Of a stretch of 64,000 bases of DNA, positions 8,114 to 17,055 are shown one piece after another (position 1 is the stretch's first letter; every line of letters starts with the position of its first letter). The translations under genes and the position numbers were made by a program. The notes beneath the pieces were generated by a model that saw nothing but the letters and a program-made list of their open reading frames with translations, did no database searches and had not been told where the DNA came from. The stretch is taken from IMG/VR virus record IMGVR_UViG_3300044522_000126, positions 2,492-66,491 of that record, one strand, 5' to 3'. This DNA comes from a virus.

Positions 8114-8135
8114 ATTAAAACAAAACAAATGAAAC

Positions 8136-8411
8136 ATGACTAAAAAAGAAATGGACGCGTTAGCAGACGTTATTGTAGGTAAATTAATTGAAAAACAAAA
8201 AGAGTTAGATAAAGAGTTTATCCAAGATCTCGAAGCAAGTAATGTACCAATTGAAGTGCACGAACGTATAAGTAATAAAGATAAAATCATAATGGAAATC
8301 ACGCGATTAGTCGTTATGTTAGATGCTTTTGAAAAAGCTGAAGAATATGAAAAAGCTGATACTTGTGCAAAACGAATTAGTTATTTAAAATCTGAAATGT
8401 CTAAACTTTAA
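8136..8411 (+). CDS. Hypothetical protein with C-terminal UVR-like coiled coil
   Basis: AFEKAEEYEKADTCAKRI resembles the UvrB/UvrC motif. Confidence 0.65.
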   Translation: MTKKEMDALADVIVGKLIEKQKELDKEFIQDLEASNVPIEVHERISNKDKIIMEITRLVVMLDAFEKAEEYEKADTCAKRISYLKSEMSKL

Positions 8412-8564
8412 TGTAAATAGCCGTTTAAGTATGGGAAAAAACAGAGAATTATTTGAAAAAATAAAAAATGAAACAGAGAATGAGGATACTGATGAAGAAG
8501 AATATTATATTAATAATATGTAGAACTGTGACAATAGGGTCTATATATAAAAAGTAAGGGGCTA

Positions 8565-9182
8565 ATGTCACACGATAGAAATATAAAGTATCTAACAGAT
8601 AGACGAATAATATATAGACGGTTTCCTATTAATGACCAACCTACTCAGGTATTTGAATGGGGTAATTATTATGAAACTGGTACTGTTGAATGTTATGAGT
8701 TGTTTAGGAGTAAGGCCAAAATAAATACATATAGAAGTCTAAAATGGCATCTATTAGTTATATGGTATCTTAATCCTCAGTTAGATCAAGATAAATTAGA
8801 AAGTTTATGTAGATTTATCTGTGACAAGTCTAACAACTTTATTACATTTAATATTTCTGATCAAGTTTTAAAGACTATTTTATATGAGGTAAGTATGCAT
8901 GATTTAGAATCTCCTCCTAAAAATAAAATACGTAAGATAATATTTAAAGATTACTGTCAGTTAACTACTGAACAGAAACTACAGATAGTAGGTCAAATTA
9001 TCGGTCGTAAAAAATTATCAGAGTCTGAGATTTACGATGCCATGCTATACACTCATGATGATGGCGACAAAATTACTGTTGAGAAACTAGCGAAGTATCT
9101 AGGTTGTTCTACAAGAACAGTTTATAGAAACATGGGTAATGAACTTAAAAAAGAAAAAGAATTATTAAACCAAGAATTATGA
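8565..9182 (+). CDS. DNA-binding protein with C-terminal HTH
   Basis: ITVEKLAKYLGCSTRTVYRNM helix-turn-helix. Confidence 0.75.
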   Translation: MSHDRNIKYLTDRRIIYRRFPINDQPTQVFEWGNYYETGTVECYELFRSKAKINTYRSLKWHLLVIWYLNPQLDQDKLESLCRFICDKSNNFITFNISDQVLKTILYEVSMHDLESPPKNKIRKIIFKDYCQLTTEQKLQIVGQIIGRKKLSESEIYDAMLYTHDDGDKITVEKLAKYLGCSTRTVYRNMGNELKKEKELLNQEL

Positions 9183-9781
9183 AACTTAAATATTTTATAA
9201 AAGATTTAGATTTTTTAAAGGCATACAACTCGCCATTTAAACCTCCAAGTATAAAATTATATGTTGGTAAAGTAGCAATTGGTACTCCTTATTTTCTACC
9301 TAGACGATGGATTAAAGGAACTCCTAATTTAGCAATTGCAGCAGCTGATAAATATGTAAAAGAACGAATAGAATTTAATAAACGAAATCCTGAATATGCT
9401 AAACCTATAAAACCTTTTAGAGAAATATACGAAGATAAACTACGATGTTCTTATGCAATGCCTAAAAGATTTGGTTTCAACTATACTGGTTTAGGTTGGA
9501 AAACTAAATGGGAACCAGATAATTATAGATTTGAATGGTCTCCTGTTTTTTCTTTTGTATTTTTTAAATGGCAAATAGCAATTGAATTTATTGCTCCTGA
9601 GTGTCATCATTATTGGGAATGTTGGTTATATTATACTAGAGAAACAGATAAAACTAAAAGTACAAAAGAAAGATTAGAACAAGCTAGAAAAAAGTATCCA
9701 TGTAAATGGACAAGACATGTTAACGGTGAAGAAGAGATGATTTGCTATTGGGATTCAATTTTAAAAAATAAGTGGTTATGA
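9179..9781 (+). CDS. Hypothetical protein
   Basis: 200-aa aromatic-rich ORF coupled to neighbours. Confidence 0.7.
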   Translation: MKLKYFIKDLDFLKAYNSPFKPPSIKLYVGKVAIGTPYFLPRRWIKGTPNLAIAAADKYVKERIEFNKRNPEYAKPIKPFREIYEDKLRCSYAMPKRFGFNYTGLGWKTKWEPDNYRFEWSPVFSFVFFKWQIAIEFIAPECHHYWECWLYYTRETDKTKSTKERLEQARKKYPCKWTRHVNGEEEMICYWDSILKNKWL

Positions 9782-10563
9782 AAAAATACAATTTAGAAAA
9801 TTATATAAGATATAAAGATGATGTTAAAAAAGTTATTAGTAATATAGAAAAAAGAAATTACAATGAATATTCAAGAGATGAATTAATAGCCACATTTTTA
9901 CCTTTAGTAGAAAATATATCTAGAAAGTTCTCAACAGCGGATCAAGCATCTGGTATTATGGATATTACAGATATAATTCAAGAAGGTAGTATTGGTTTAA
10001 TATTTGCCATTGACAAAATAGAGTGGGATAAAATAACTGAATCTAAAGACCAAGAACAAACAATCAAATCGTTTCTGTCAAAACGTATAAAAGGTTCAAT
10101 AAGACGCGCGATAGACATTAATAAAGGATCTATACGTATTCCTGAACATAAATTAAACGAAATAAGAAAAGGTTCAGATGAAGATCATAAACTACTTGCT
10201 TTATTCTTTAGTAGTATGGTTGGAAGTTTAGACGCTTTCTTCGATAATAGTGATGCTACAGATTACGACTTAGAAGCTGAATACACTCAGAAAATGTTTG
10301 AAGACAAATCAGAGGAATATAACATAGATATTCTAAATGCTTTTATACTTAGTTTATTTAAAAAGTATTTAACAACTCCTGAGTCTGAAGTTTTAAGATT
10401 AAGTTATGGTTTAGATTGTGACAAACATTCTGCAAATGAAATAGCTGACATACTTGGATTTAAAGGTCCAAGCGCGTACGTTAGAGTTTCTGAATTAAAA
10501 AAGTTAGCAGTAACTAAACTAATTAGTAAATGTAATCCAAAGCAACTACTTGAGTATGTTTAA
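9772..10563 (+). CDS. RNA polymerase sigma70-family factor
   Basis: Region 2 LPLVENISRKF...DIIQEGSIGLIFAIDK...RIKGSIRRAID..IRIP; region 4 LTTPESEVLRLSYGL...SANEIADILG. Confidence 0.9.
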   Translation: MVMKKYNLENYIRYKDDVKKVISNIEKRNYNEYSRDELIATFLPLVENISRKFSTADQASGIMDITDIIQEGSIGLIFAIDKIEWDKITESKDQEQTIKSFLSKRIKGSIRRAIDINKGSIRIPEHKLNEIRKGSDEDHKLLALFFSSMVGSLDAFFDNSDATDYDLEAEYTQKMFEDKSEEYNIDILNAFILSLFKKYLTTPESEVLRLSYGLDCDKHSANEIADILGFKGPSAYVRVSELKKLAVTKLISKCNPKQLLEYV

Positions 10564-10567
10564 GTTA

Positions 10568-10607
10568 TGACAAAAAATGTCAACTAAAATAGGTTAAATA
10601 GTTGACA
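10568..10607. promoter_or_regulatory. Overlapping inverted repeats (operator-like or hairpin)
   Basis: tgtcaacta-N12-tagttgaca (10578-10607) and tgaca-N5-tgtca (10568-10582). Confidence 0.45.
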
Positions 10608-10609
10608 AA

Positions 10610-10630
10610 ACGTGTAATTATATAGGTATA
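10610..10630 (+). promoter_or_regulatory. Putative middle/late promoter motif (ACGTGTAATTATATAGGTATA)
   Basis: Close variants in sense orientation upstream of - strand genes at about 33132, 39240, 50423 and 54859. Confidence 0.6.
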
Positions 10631-10655
10631 AGAACTAAACAATTAAATCAAATAT

Positions 10656-11222
10656 ATGGAAGATCAAAAACTAGAATTATCTGTTAAACTGTCTAGAATT
10701 CAAATTGAGTTTAAGTCTAATAAAAGCAGGTACAATTCTTTCGGTAAGTACAATTTTAGATCCGCAGAGGATATACTAGAAGGCTTAAAACCTTTTAATG
10801 AAAAGTACGGCGTGTATTTTACAATAAATGAGGATTATATATATTCTCATGAATTACCAGTAATTATTAGTAGAGCTGCTATACACGATGCTTTTAGTGA
10901 TAATTCAATCGAAGTGAAAGCGATTGTTGGTGTTGATTTACAGCAAAAAGGTATGCAGACACCACAGGCTTTCGGCTCTGCTTCTTCTTACGGTAAAAAA
11001 TACGCTCTCGGTAATTTATTATTGATAGATGATACTGCTGATGCAGATGCTTCAAATACACATGGTAAAACAGATCAAACTAAACCAAAGGTAAAACTAG
11101 ACGTTAAAGATGCTGCGTTTGAAAAAGCTAAAACTTTCATAGAAACAGGCGGATCTATAGAGAGTATTAAAGGTAAATATGAATTAACTAAAGAAGCAGA
11201 ATTAATCTTATATAATCTATAG
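10656..11222 (+). CDS. ERF-family single-strand annealing protein
   Basis: YNSFGKYNFRSAEDILE...QAFGSASSYGKKYAL..L.IDD..DAD ERF signature. Confidence 0.9.
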   Translation: MEDQKLELSVKLSRIQIEFKSNKSRYNSFGKYNFRSAEDILEGLKPFNEKYGVYFTINEDYIYSHELPVIISRAAIHDAFSDNSIEVKAIVGVDLQQKGMQTPQAFGSASSYGKKYALGNLLLIDDTADADASNTHGKTDQTKPKVKLDVKDAAFEKAKTFIETGGSIESIKGKYELTKEAELILYNL

Positions 11223-11223
11223 T

Positions 11224-11955
11224 ATGAAAAAAGATCAAATATTAGAAAGGTTAAAAAACGATGAAGATTATTATGGAGAATTTGGTCAACAGTTTTTAAG
11301 TAATTCAAATATAATGACGTTACTTTCAAATCCTTTAGCTTTAAGAGATCCAAACCCTTCAAACATAAACTTTTTAGTCGGTGGATACTTTCATACGGCT
11401 ATATTAGAACCAGATAAATTAAAAAAGTATAAAATTGTGCAATCATCTACGAGGAATACAAATATATACAAAGAAATGTCTGGTGGTGAAATGTGTCTAT
11501 TACAACATGAAGTTGATCAGTTAGAAGTAATGATTGACAAAGTACTAGCTAACGAAGTTTGTAGAGGTTTGATACGAGGTGACAATGTAGATTACGAAGT
11601 TCCTGGTATTGCAGAAATATCTGGACAAATGTGGAAAGGCAAAGCAGATATATTAAATCATTCTGAAAAACTAATCATAGATCTTAAGACAACATCTAAC
11701 ATACTTGATTTCAAGTATTCTGCTAAAAAGTATAACTATGATAGTCAAGCGTATATATACAAACATCTATTTGGTTATGATATGGTTTTTATGGCTATAG
11801 ACAAAAATAGTCATCAAATAGGTATATATGACTGTTCTGAAAAGTTTCTTGAAACAGGTAAAGAAAAAGTAGAAAAAGCAGTTGAAGCATACGAGTTGTT
11901 TTACAATGACCCAGATTTTATTCCAGAAAACTATTTTATTAATTTAACTTTATAA
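11224..11955 (+). CDS. PD-(D/E)XK exonuclease, RecE/ExoVIII (DUF3799)-like
   Basis: LSNS, G..FH.AILEP, KGKADIL...IIDLKTT, YDSQAYIY. Confidence 0.85.
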   Translation: MKKDQILERLKNDEDYYGEFGQQFLSNSNIMTLLSNPLALRDPNPSNINFLVGGYFHTAILEPDKLKKYKIVQSSTRNTNIYKEMSGGEMCLLQHEVDQLEVMIDKVLANEVCRGLIRGDNVDYEVPGIAEISGQMWKGKADILNHSEKLIIDLKTTSNILDFKYSAKKYNYDSQAYIYKHLFGYDMVFMAIDKNSHQIGIYDCSEKFLETGKEKVEKAVEAYELFYNDPDFIPENYFINLTL

Positions 11956-11964
11956 TTTTTAACT

Positions 11965-12120
11965 ATGGGTAGACCAAAAAAAGCAATTGTTCCAAATGTT
12001 CCTACTATTCCAGATAATTCTGGAACCTTTAAGTCTTTAAAAGAATATAAAGACTTAAAAACAAGATTAAGTACCTTTGAAAAGATTAAACAATTTTTTA
12101 ACCAATTTAATATATTCTAA
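11965..12120 (+). CDS. Small basic protein with N-terminal GRPKK (AT-hook-like)
   Basis: Manual translation, 51 aa; fills the gap, with its stop 1 nt before the next ATG. Confidence 0.5.
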   Translation: MGRPKKAIVPNVPTIPDNSGTFKSLKEYKDLKTRLSTFEKIKQFFNQFNIF

Positions 12121-12121
12121 T

Positions 12122-12436
12122 ATGGCTTCAATTATCAATGCGAGTATTAATCTTAACGAAATTCCAAAGCACAAAATTATTGATGGAAAAAAAGGTAAAT
12201 ATCTTCCTATTACCATTACAATAAATGACGAATGTGATAACTTTGGAAACCAAGGTCCTATAACAGTTGGACAGACTAAAGAAGAACGAGAGTCTAAAAT
12301 GGCAAAAGTTTATCTCGGTAATGTTAAAGTCTTATGGACAAATGGTCAAAATGTAGCAGTTGCACCTAAAGATGGTCAACAACAAAGCGCTCCAGCAAAA
12401 CGAGCCCCTGCTCCTGTAGATGATCTACCTTTTTAA
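12122..12436 (+). CDS. Single-stranded DNA-binding protein (Bacteroidota phage type)
   Basis: GKKGKYL...D.FGN...YLGN, acidic tail DDLPF; follows ERF and exonuclease. Confidence 0.8.
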   Translation: MASIINASINLNEIPKHKIIDGKKGKYLPITITINDECDNFGNQGPITVGQTKEERESKMAKVYLGNVKVLWTNGQNVAVAPKDGQQQSAPAKRAPAPVDDLPF

Positions 12437-12445
12437 ATAAAAATT

Positions 12446-12648
12446 TAACATCCTGACGGTTGCCTATAACCAACAATTGTTTGAAAGAACTTATGAAATA
12501 GGATAGCGTGTTGATAGTGGTAAACCTCACCAATTGTAATCGATTAAGTTCAAAGGAAGATAAGGACTAGTACGCCTGTGACGAACACGACGAATTCAGG
12601 ATTTCCCATAGTAGCCCCATTACAAACCAGAGTGCAACAGGGATGTTA
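12446..12648 (+). ncRNA. Candidate ~200-nt multi-pseudoknot ncRNA
   Basis: ORF-free GC-enriched island closed by taacatcc/ggatgtta plus a T run; several internal crossing complementarities. Confidence 0.55.
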
Positions 12649-12670
12649 TTTTTTTTTAAAATATAATTGT

Positions 12671-12814
12671 ACCTATAGCGCTTCCCGTAAGATCAGCCTT
12701 TAGGTCTTTTTTTTAAGTGGCGTTAGGCGGCACCGCTCGAGAGGTTACAAATAAGAATCGCCTTTTACATAGTGTGGTTGCAAGCCTTCGGTCCCAACTG
12801 CCCTATGGCACACT
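12671..12814 (+). ncRNA. Three further small structured elements
   Basis: accta..taggt + T run (12671-12714); aggcgg..tcgcct (12725-12763); agtgtg..cacact enclosing gttg/caac (12771-12814). Confidence 0.45.
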
Positions 12815-12825
12815 TTAGATAGTTA

Positions 12826-12848
12826 GACCCCACAAGTTGGGGTTTTTC
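12826..12848 (+). terminator. Rho-independent terminator-like hairpin
   Basis: gacccca-caagt-tggggtt followed by ttt. Confidence 0.65.
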
Positions 12849-12880
12849 TATCTATAATTAGTAACAATTAAACTAATCAA

Positions 12881-14602
12881 ATGCAAGTAAACAATACAGA
12901 GATCAATGGATTCTTGATTGATACATTCAATCGATATGGTCTTGAAGAAGGTAAAACACAAGGCGTTTGTCCTCTGTGTTCTTCTGATAGAAAACCTAAG
13001 AATGAGAAAGCTAAATGTGCTTCTTATGATTGGGAACGTGGTCTTGGAACTTGTCATAATTGTAATAAATCATTTCAGTTACATACTTATCAACGTAAAG
13101 GTTCTGGTGAAAAGGTTTATATTAAACCACCTCCTAAAGAACAAGTTGAAGAAATGCAAATAAGTGAACCTGTAGTTAATTGGTTTGCTACTAGAGGTAT
13201 TTCTAAAGAAACTCTTTATGAATTACAAATATCCGAGGGAAAAGAATTTATGCCTCAAACAGGTAAGGAAGAAAATGCTATACACTTTAATTACTTTGTT
13301 GGAAATGAATTAGTAAATGTAAAATACCGTGATGGTCACAAACACTTTAAACTATTCAAAGGTGCTGAAAAAGTTTTTTATAATATTGACAGCATTGTGG
13401 GTTTTGAATATTGTGTTATTGTTGAAGGCGAAATGGATGTTTTAGCTTTACATGAAGCTGGAGTTACTAATGTTGTTTCTGTTCCTAATGGAGCAACATT
13501 AAATACAAATAACTTAGAATATCTAGATAGTTGTATAGATTATTTTGATGATAAAGAAAAGATTATATTAGCAGTAGATTCTGATGCTGCTGGTCAAGCA
13601 TTGCAAGCAGAATTAATTCGTAGATTAGGTTCAGAAGTTTGTTATTTAGCATCGTTTGAAGACTGTAAAGATGCTAATGAGTACTTATTAAAGTATGGTA
13701 AAGAAAAGTTGTCTCAACGTATATCACAAGCAAGACCTGTTCCGTTAGAGAACGTTAAAACTTTTAAAGACATTGAAGATGATGTTACAGATTTTGTTAG
13801 AAACGGGTTTAAACCAGGATTTCAAGTTGGATTGGATAACTTTGATAGTATATTCTCTACTTATACCGGTCAGTTTATCACTGTTACTGGTATTCCTTCT
13901 TCGGGTAAATCTGACTTCGTTGATCAAATGGTTGTTGGTTATAATGCTAAATATGGTTGGAAGACTGCATTTGCTTCTCCTGAAAATCAACCAACTTACT
14001 TACATGCTCATAAGTTAATGCGTAAAACCTGGGGTGATATGCCTTCGCCTGAAGAAATTCACGGAGATAAATGGAACCAAGTAGCAGGTCATGTAAATGA
14101 CAGTTATTATTTTATAGATATGGAACGTTATACATTAGAGTCTGTTCTTAGAAAAGGTGCTGAACTAGTTAAACGTAAAGGTATTAAATGTTTAGTTATA
14201 GATCCATTTAATAAAGTAAGAGCACAAGATGCTTCTGGTGATGTTAATGTTTATACATTAGAATATCTGCAACAGATAGAAATATTTGCCAAAAAATACG
14301 ATGTATTAGTTATAGTAGTAGCGCATCCAACTAAAATGTACAAAGACAGAGATGGTAAAATAGAAGAACCTACAATGTATAACATTAAAGGTGGTGGCGA
14401 ATGGTACGATGCATCTTATCACGGTTTGTTAGTCCATAGAGATTATGAAACAAAAACAGTTAAATGTAAGGTTCTTAAAGTCAAGTTTCAAAACTTAGGT
14501 GAGAATGGCGCTGAAGCACATTTCAAATGGGAACCACGTTCTGGATGTTTTATACCTCAACAACCACCAGATATGTCTGATAGTAAAATGCCATGGGAAT
14601 AA
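12881..14602 (+). CDS. T7 gp4/Twinkle-like DNA primase-helicase
   Basis: Zn finger CPLC...CHNC, TOPRIM VEGEMD and DSDAAG, KDANE, SF4 Walker A GIPSSGKS, LVIDPFN. Confidence 0.95.
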   Translation: MQVNNTEINGFLIDTFNRYGLEEGKTQGVCPLCSSDRKPKNEKAKCASYDWERGLGTCHNCNKSFQLHTYQRKGSGEKVYIKPPPKEQVEEMQISEPVVNWFATRGISKETLYELQISEGKEFMPQTGKEENAIHFNYFVGNELVNVKYRDGHKHFKLFKGAEKVFYNIDSIVGFEYCVIVEGEMDVLALHEAGVTNVVSVPNGATLNTNNLEYLDSCIDYFDDKEKIILAVDSDAAGQALQAELIRRLGSEVCYLASFEDCKDANEYLLKYGKEKLSQRISQARPVPLENVKTFKDIEDDVTDFVRNGFKPGFQVGLDNFDSIFSTYTGQFITVTGIPSSGKSDFVDQMVVGYNAKYGWKTAFASPENQPTYLHAHKLMRKTWGDMPSPEEIHGDKWNQVAGHVNDSYYFIDMERYTLESVLRKGAELVKRKGIKCLVIDPFNKVRAQDASGDVNVYTLEYLQQIEIFAKKYDVLVIVVAHPTKMYKDRDGKIEEPTMYNIKGGGEWYDASYHGLLVHRDYETKTVKCKVLKVKFQNLGENGAEAHFKWEPRSGCFIPQQPPDMSDSKMPWE

Positions 14603-14848
14603 ATGGCTAAGAGAAGTATTATAGACATGGGTGATTATAGATGTACTAAAAAAGAGTTTGATGCTTTTAGATGGTGTATTGAAAATGGTATATACATATC
14701 TCCTAAAGCAATTTCAACTAATAAATGGTCTATAGTTATAGAGATAAATAAAAAGATAAATGTAAGTCCAGAATCTTACGGTAAAGTAGAGATATGGAAA
14801 CAAATGTATAAATATTATATTTACTATTATGACAAATACAAAAAATAG
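14603..14848 (+). CDS. Hypothetical protein
   Basis: 81-aa ORF. Confidence 0.7.
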   Translation: MAKRSIIDMGDYRCTKKEFDAFRWCIENGIYISPKAISTNKWSIVIEINKKINVSPESYGKVEIWKQMYKYYIYYYDKYKK

Positions 14849-15467
14849 TTTTAAAAATGCTAATGAAGCTTATAAATATTTTTTAGATAAGATAATTATT
14901 GAAGGCGTTGATTTTGATAATACCAAAGCTTTATTTAACGTAGGTTTTTATATAGAAAACCCGGAAGATAATTTTATAACAGAAGCACATAGAAAATGGA
15001 GTTCTACGTATGCAATGAGAGAATGGCAATGGTATTTATCTGGTGATCCTAGTGCTGTTGAAATATCTAAACATGCTCCAATATGGAAAAACATGATGGA
15101 TGAAAATGGTGAAGTTAGATCTAACTATGGTTGGCAATGGCGAAGAAATGATCAAATAGGTAAAGTAATTAAATTACTACAAGAAAATCCAAATACTAGA
15201 AAAGCTACAATATCTATATACGACGGTAAAGAAATAGATACATATTCTAATGACACTCCTTGTACTTATGCTGTTCAATTCACAGTGTTAGATGGAAAAT
15301 TAAATATGGCTGTTCTAATGCGTTCTAATGATCTCTGGTACGGTTTCTGTAATGATCAATTCTGTTTTTCAAACTTACAAATGGATATTGCTGATGTTCT
15401 TAATTTAGAAATAGGTACGTATTATCATTTCGCTCACAATTTACATTTATATAACGACAAATTATGA
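14829..15467 (+). CDS. Thymidylate-synthase-fold enzyme, probably dCMP (hydroxy)methylase type
   Basis: NYG, TRKA, catalytic TPCT, MRSNDLWYGFCND, HNLHLY; Asp at the E. coli ThyA Asn177 position. Confidence 0.85.
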   Translation: MTNTKNSFKNANEAYKYFLDKIIIEGVDFDNTKALFNVGFYIENPEDNFITEAHRKWSSTYAMREWQWYLSGDPSAVEISKHAPIWKNMMDENGEVRSNYGWQWRRNDQIGKVIKLLQENPNTRKATISIYDGKEIDTYSNDTPCTYAVQFTVLDGKLNMAVLMRSNDLWYGFCNDQFCFSNLQMDIADVLNLEIGTYYHFAHNLHLYNDKL

Positions 15468-15658
15468 CACCAAAAGTAAAATCAAGAGAATTAATAAATA
15501 CATATCTTAACATAACCAGAAAAGAACTTGATTTTTATGGTTATTATTACGATATAGATTTAGCTATAGAATGTTCATTAGTGTTAGTCAATGAAATGAT
15601 AAAAGCATCAGGAAGCAAATATTGGTATGAAGTTAAAAAACATTTAGAAAACTTGTAA
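15464..15658 (+). CDS. Hypothetical protein (MTPK...YWYEVK family)
   Basis: 64-aa ORF. Confidence 0.7.
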   Translation: MTPKVKSRELINTYLNITRKELDFYGYYYDIDLAIECSLVLVNEMIKASGSKYWYEVKKHLENL

Positions 15659-15660
15659 TT

Positions 15661-15840
15661 ATGGAAGAAAAGAAAACAATAGAATTTTGGAAAGACGGTG
15701 AATATACCGCAAGAGGTGGTTATTTCATAAGAAACAATTTAAAGGAGTTTTTTGGCAAATTAATTGAAAACGGACTTGAACCTGTTGGAATAATTGTAGA
15801 TTTAGAGTCTTTTAACTTAGAAGTAATCGTAAAAGAATAA
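15661..15840 (+). CDS. Hypothetical protein
   Basis: Manual 59-aa ORF MEEKKTIEFWKDG...LEVIVKE filling the gap exactly. Confidence 0.6.
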   Translation: MEEKKTIEFWKDGEYTARGGYFIRNNLKEFFGKLIENGLEPVGIIVDLESFNLEVIVKE

Positions 15841-15842
15841 AA

Positions 15843-16733
15843 ATGACGTATTATTTATATCACATATTTGGTAAAAAGATTGGCGTAACGTGTGATCTTA
15901 GAGATAGATTAACACGTCAACAAGGTTATGGTTGTAAAGAATATGAAGTTCTTGATTCTAGTGAAGATATAGATTATATATCAGAAAAAGAGTTAGAACT
16001 TCAAATTGTCTACGGTTATAAAGTAGATAGACAATCTTATAAAGAATTAATAACTAAAAAATTAAATTTAAAATCAAATCAAATGGTACTAAACGTAACA
16101 GAGCAAACAACAACATTTCCTTGTCCAGTTAATAAGTTAAAAGGTAACTTATTAGATAACCAAGGTTTAGAAATTGAAACTGGTTTTGGTAAGTATTTTT
16201 TAACTCCAGGTTTAACTGACTGGATAGTTCAAAATGCTAAAACTTCAATGTATAATCCTGGTAGATCTTATATATATAACAAAGCTATGGACGAGTATTG
16301 CAAGTCTTTAGGAAAACAAAATTTCGCTCGTAGTTACAAAAATCAACCTGAAAGTGTTAAAGTTGACGACCCTAATATTTATGATCTTATTAGACAATGG
16401 GCAGATGAACGTGGCATATATAGAAACGGTGATACTAAAACTCAGTTTGCAAAATTACAAGAAGAAGCTGGCGAACTAGCTAGAGCAATTCTTAAAAATG
16501 ATAAACCAGAGTTTATTGATGCAATTGGCGATATGATAGTTGTACTTACAAATCTAGCGGCTTTAGAAGGTTTAAAAGTAGAAGACTGTGTTATGTCTGC
16601 TTACGATGTTATTAAATCAAGACATGGCAAAATGATAAACGGTACATTTGTTAAAGAACAACCACAAACTCAAAATGGTTTATCACCTGAATTTAAAGGA
16701 GTATTAAACGCACATTTAAAATCAACTTTATAA
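15843..16733 (+). CDS. Fusion: N-terminal GIY-YIG-like region + C-terminal MazG-like NTP pyrophosphohydrolase
   Basis: YYLYHI..KKIGVT.DL..RL at N-terminus; WADERG...KLQEEAGELA...DAIGD at C-terminus. Confidence 0.8.
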   Translation: MTYYLYHIFGKKIGVTCDLRDRLTRQQGYGCKEYEVLDSSEDIDYISEKELELQIVYGYKVDRQSYKELITKKLNLKSNQMVLNVTEQTTTFPCPVNKLKGNLLDNQGLEIETGFGKYFLTPGLTDWIVQNAKTSMYNPGRSYIYNKAMDEYCKSLGKQNFARSYKNQPESVKVDDPNIYDLIRQWADERGIYRNGDTKTQFAKLQEEAGELARAILKNDKPEFIDAIGDMIVVLTNLAALEGLKVEDCVMSAYDVIKSRHGKMINGTFVKEQPQTQNGLSPEFKGVLNAHLKSTL

Positions 16734-16734
16734 T

Positions 16735-17055
16735 ATGACAGAAAAAAATATTATTTTTAGAGACCCTGTAGTAGAAAGAGTAGTAGAGAAATTTGTATCT
16801 AGATCAGATATAGGTTTTGAAAAGTATGGCAATACGTTACACGATGAACGTACTAAAAAAATGAAAGGTCTTTTTAAATATCTAAACGATGTTCAAGAAG
16901 AGTTAATGGATGCAGTGCTATACATACAAGCATGTAAAGAGGAAATTCAAGATTTAACAGAAGAAGCAATGATACAAGATTTTAGAGATATTGATGTGGA
17001 CATTGAAGATTTAGGACATCCTTACGCTTTTACAATAGATGAAGAAAATAACTAG
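16735..17055 (+). CDS. All-alpha NTP-pyrophosphatase-like phage protein
   Basis: SRSDIGFEKYG..L...QEELMDAVLY motif. Confidence 0.65.
   Translation: MTEKNIIFRDPVVERVVEKFVSRSDIGFEKYGNTLHDERTKKMKGLFKYLNDVQEELMDAVLYIQACKEEIQDLTEEAMIQDFRDIDVDIEDLGHPYAFTIDEENN

Noticed and set aside
12446-12848. Assigning the structured island to a known ribozyme or riboswitch (hammerhead, cobalamin)
   Set aside because: No CTGATGA...GAAA core and no recognisable B12 box; left unassigned pending an Rfam search
14829-15467. Gene symbol thyA
   Set aside because: The specificity residue is Asp rather than Asn, so dUMP methylation cannot be assumed
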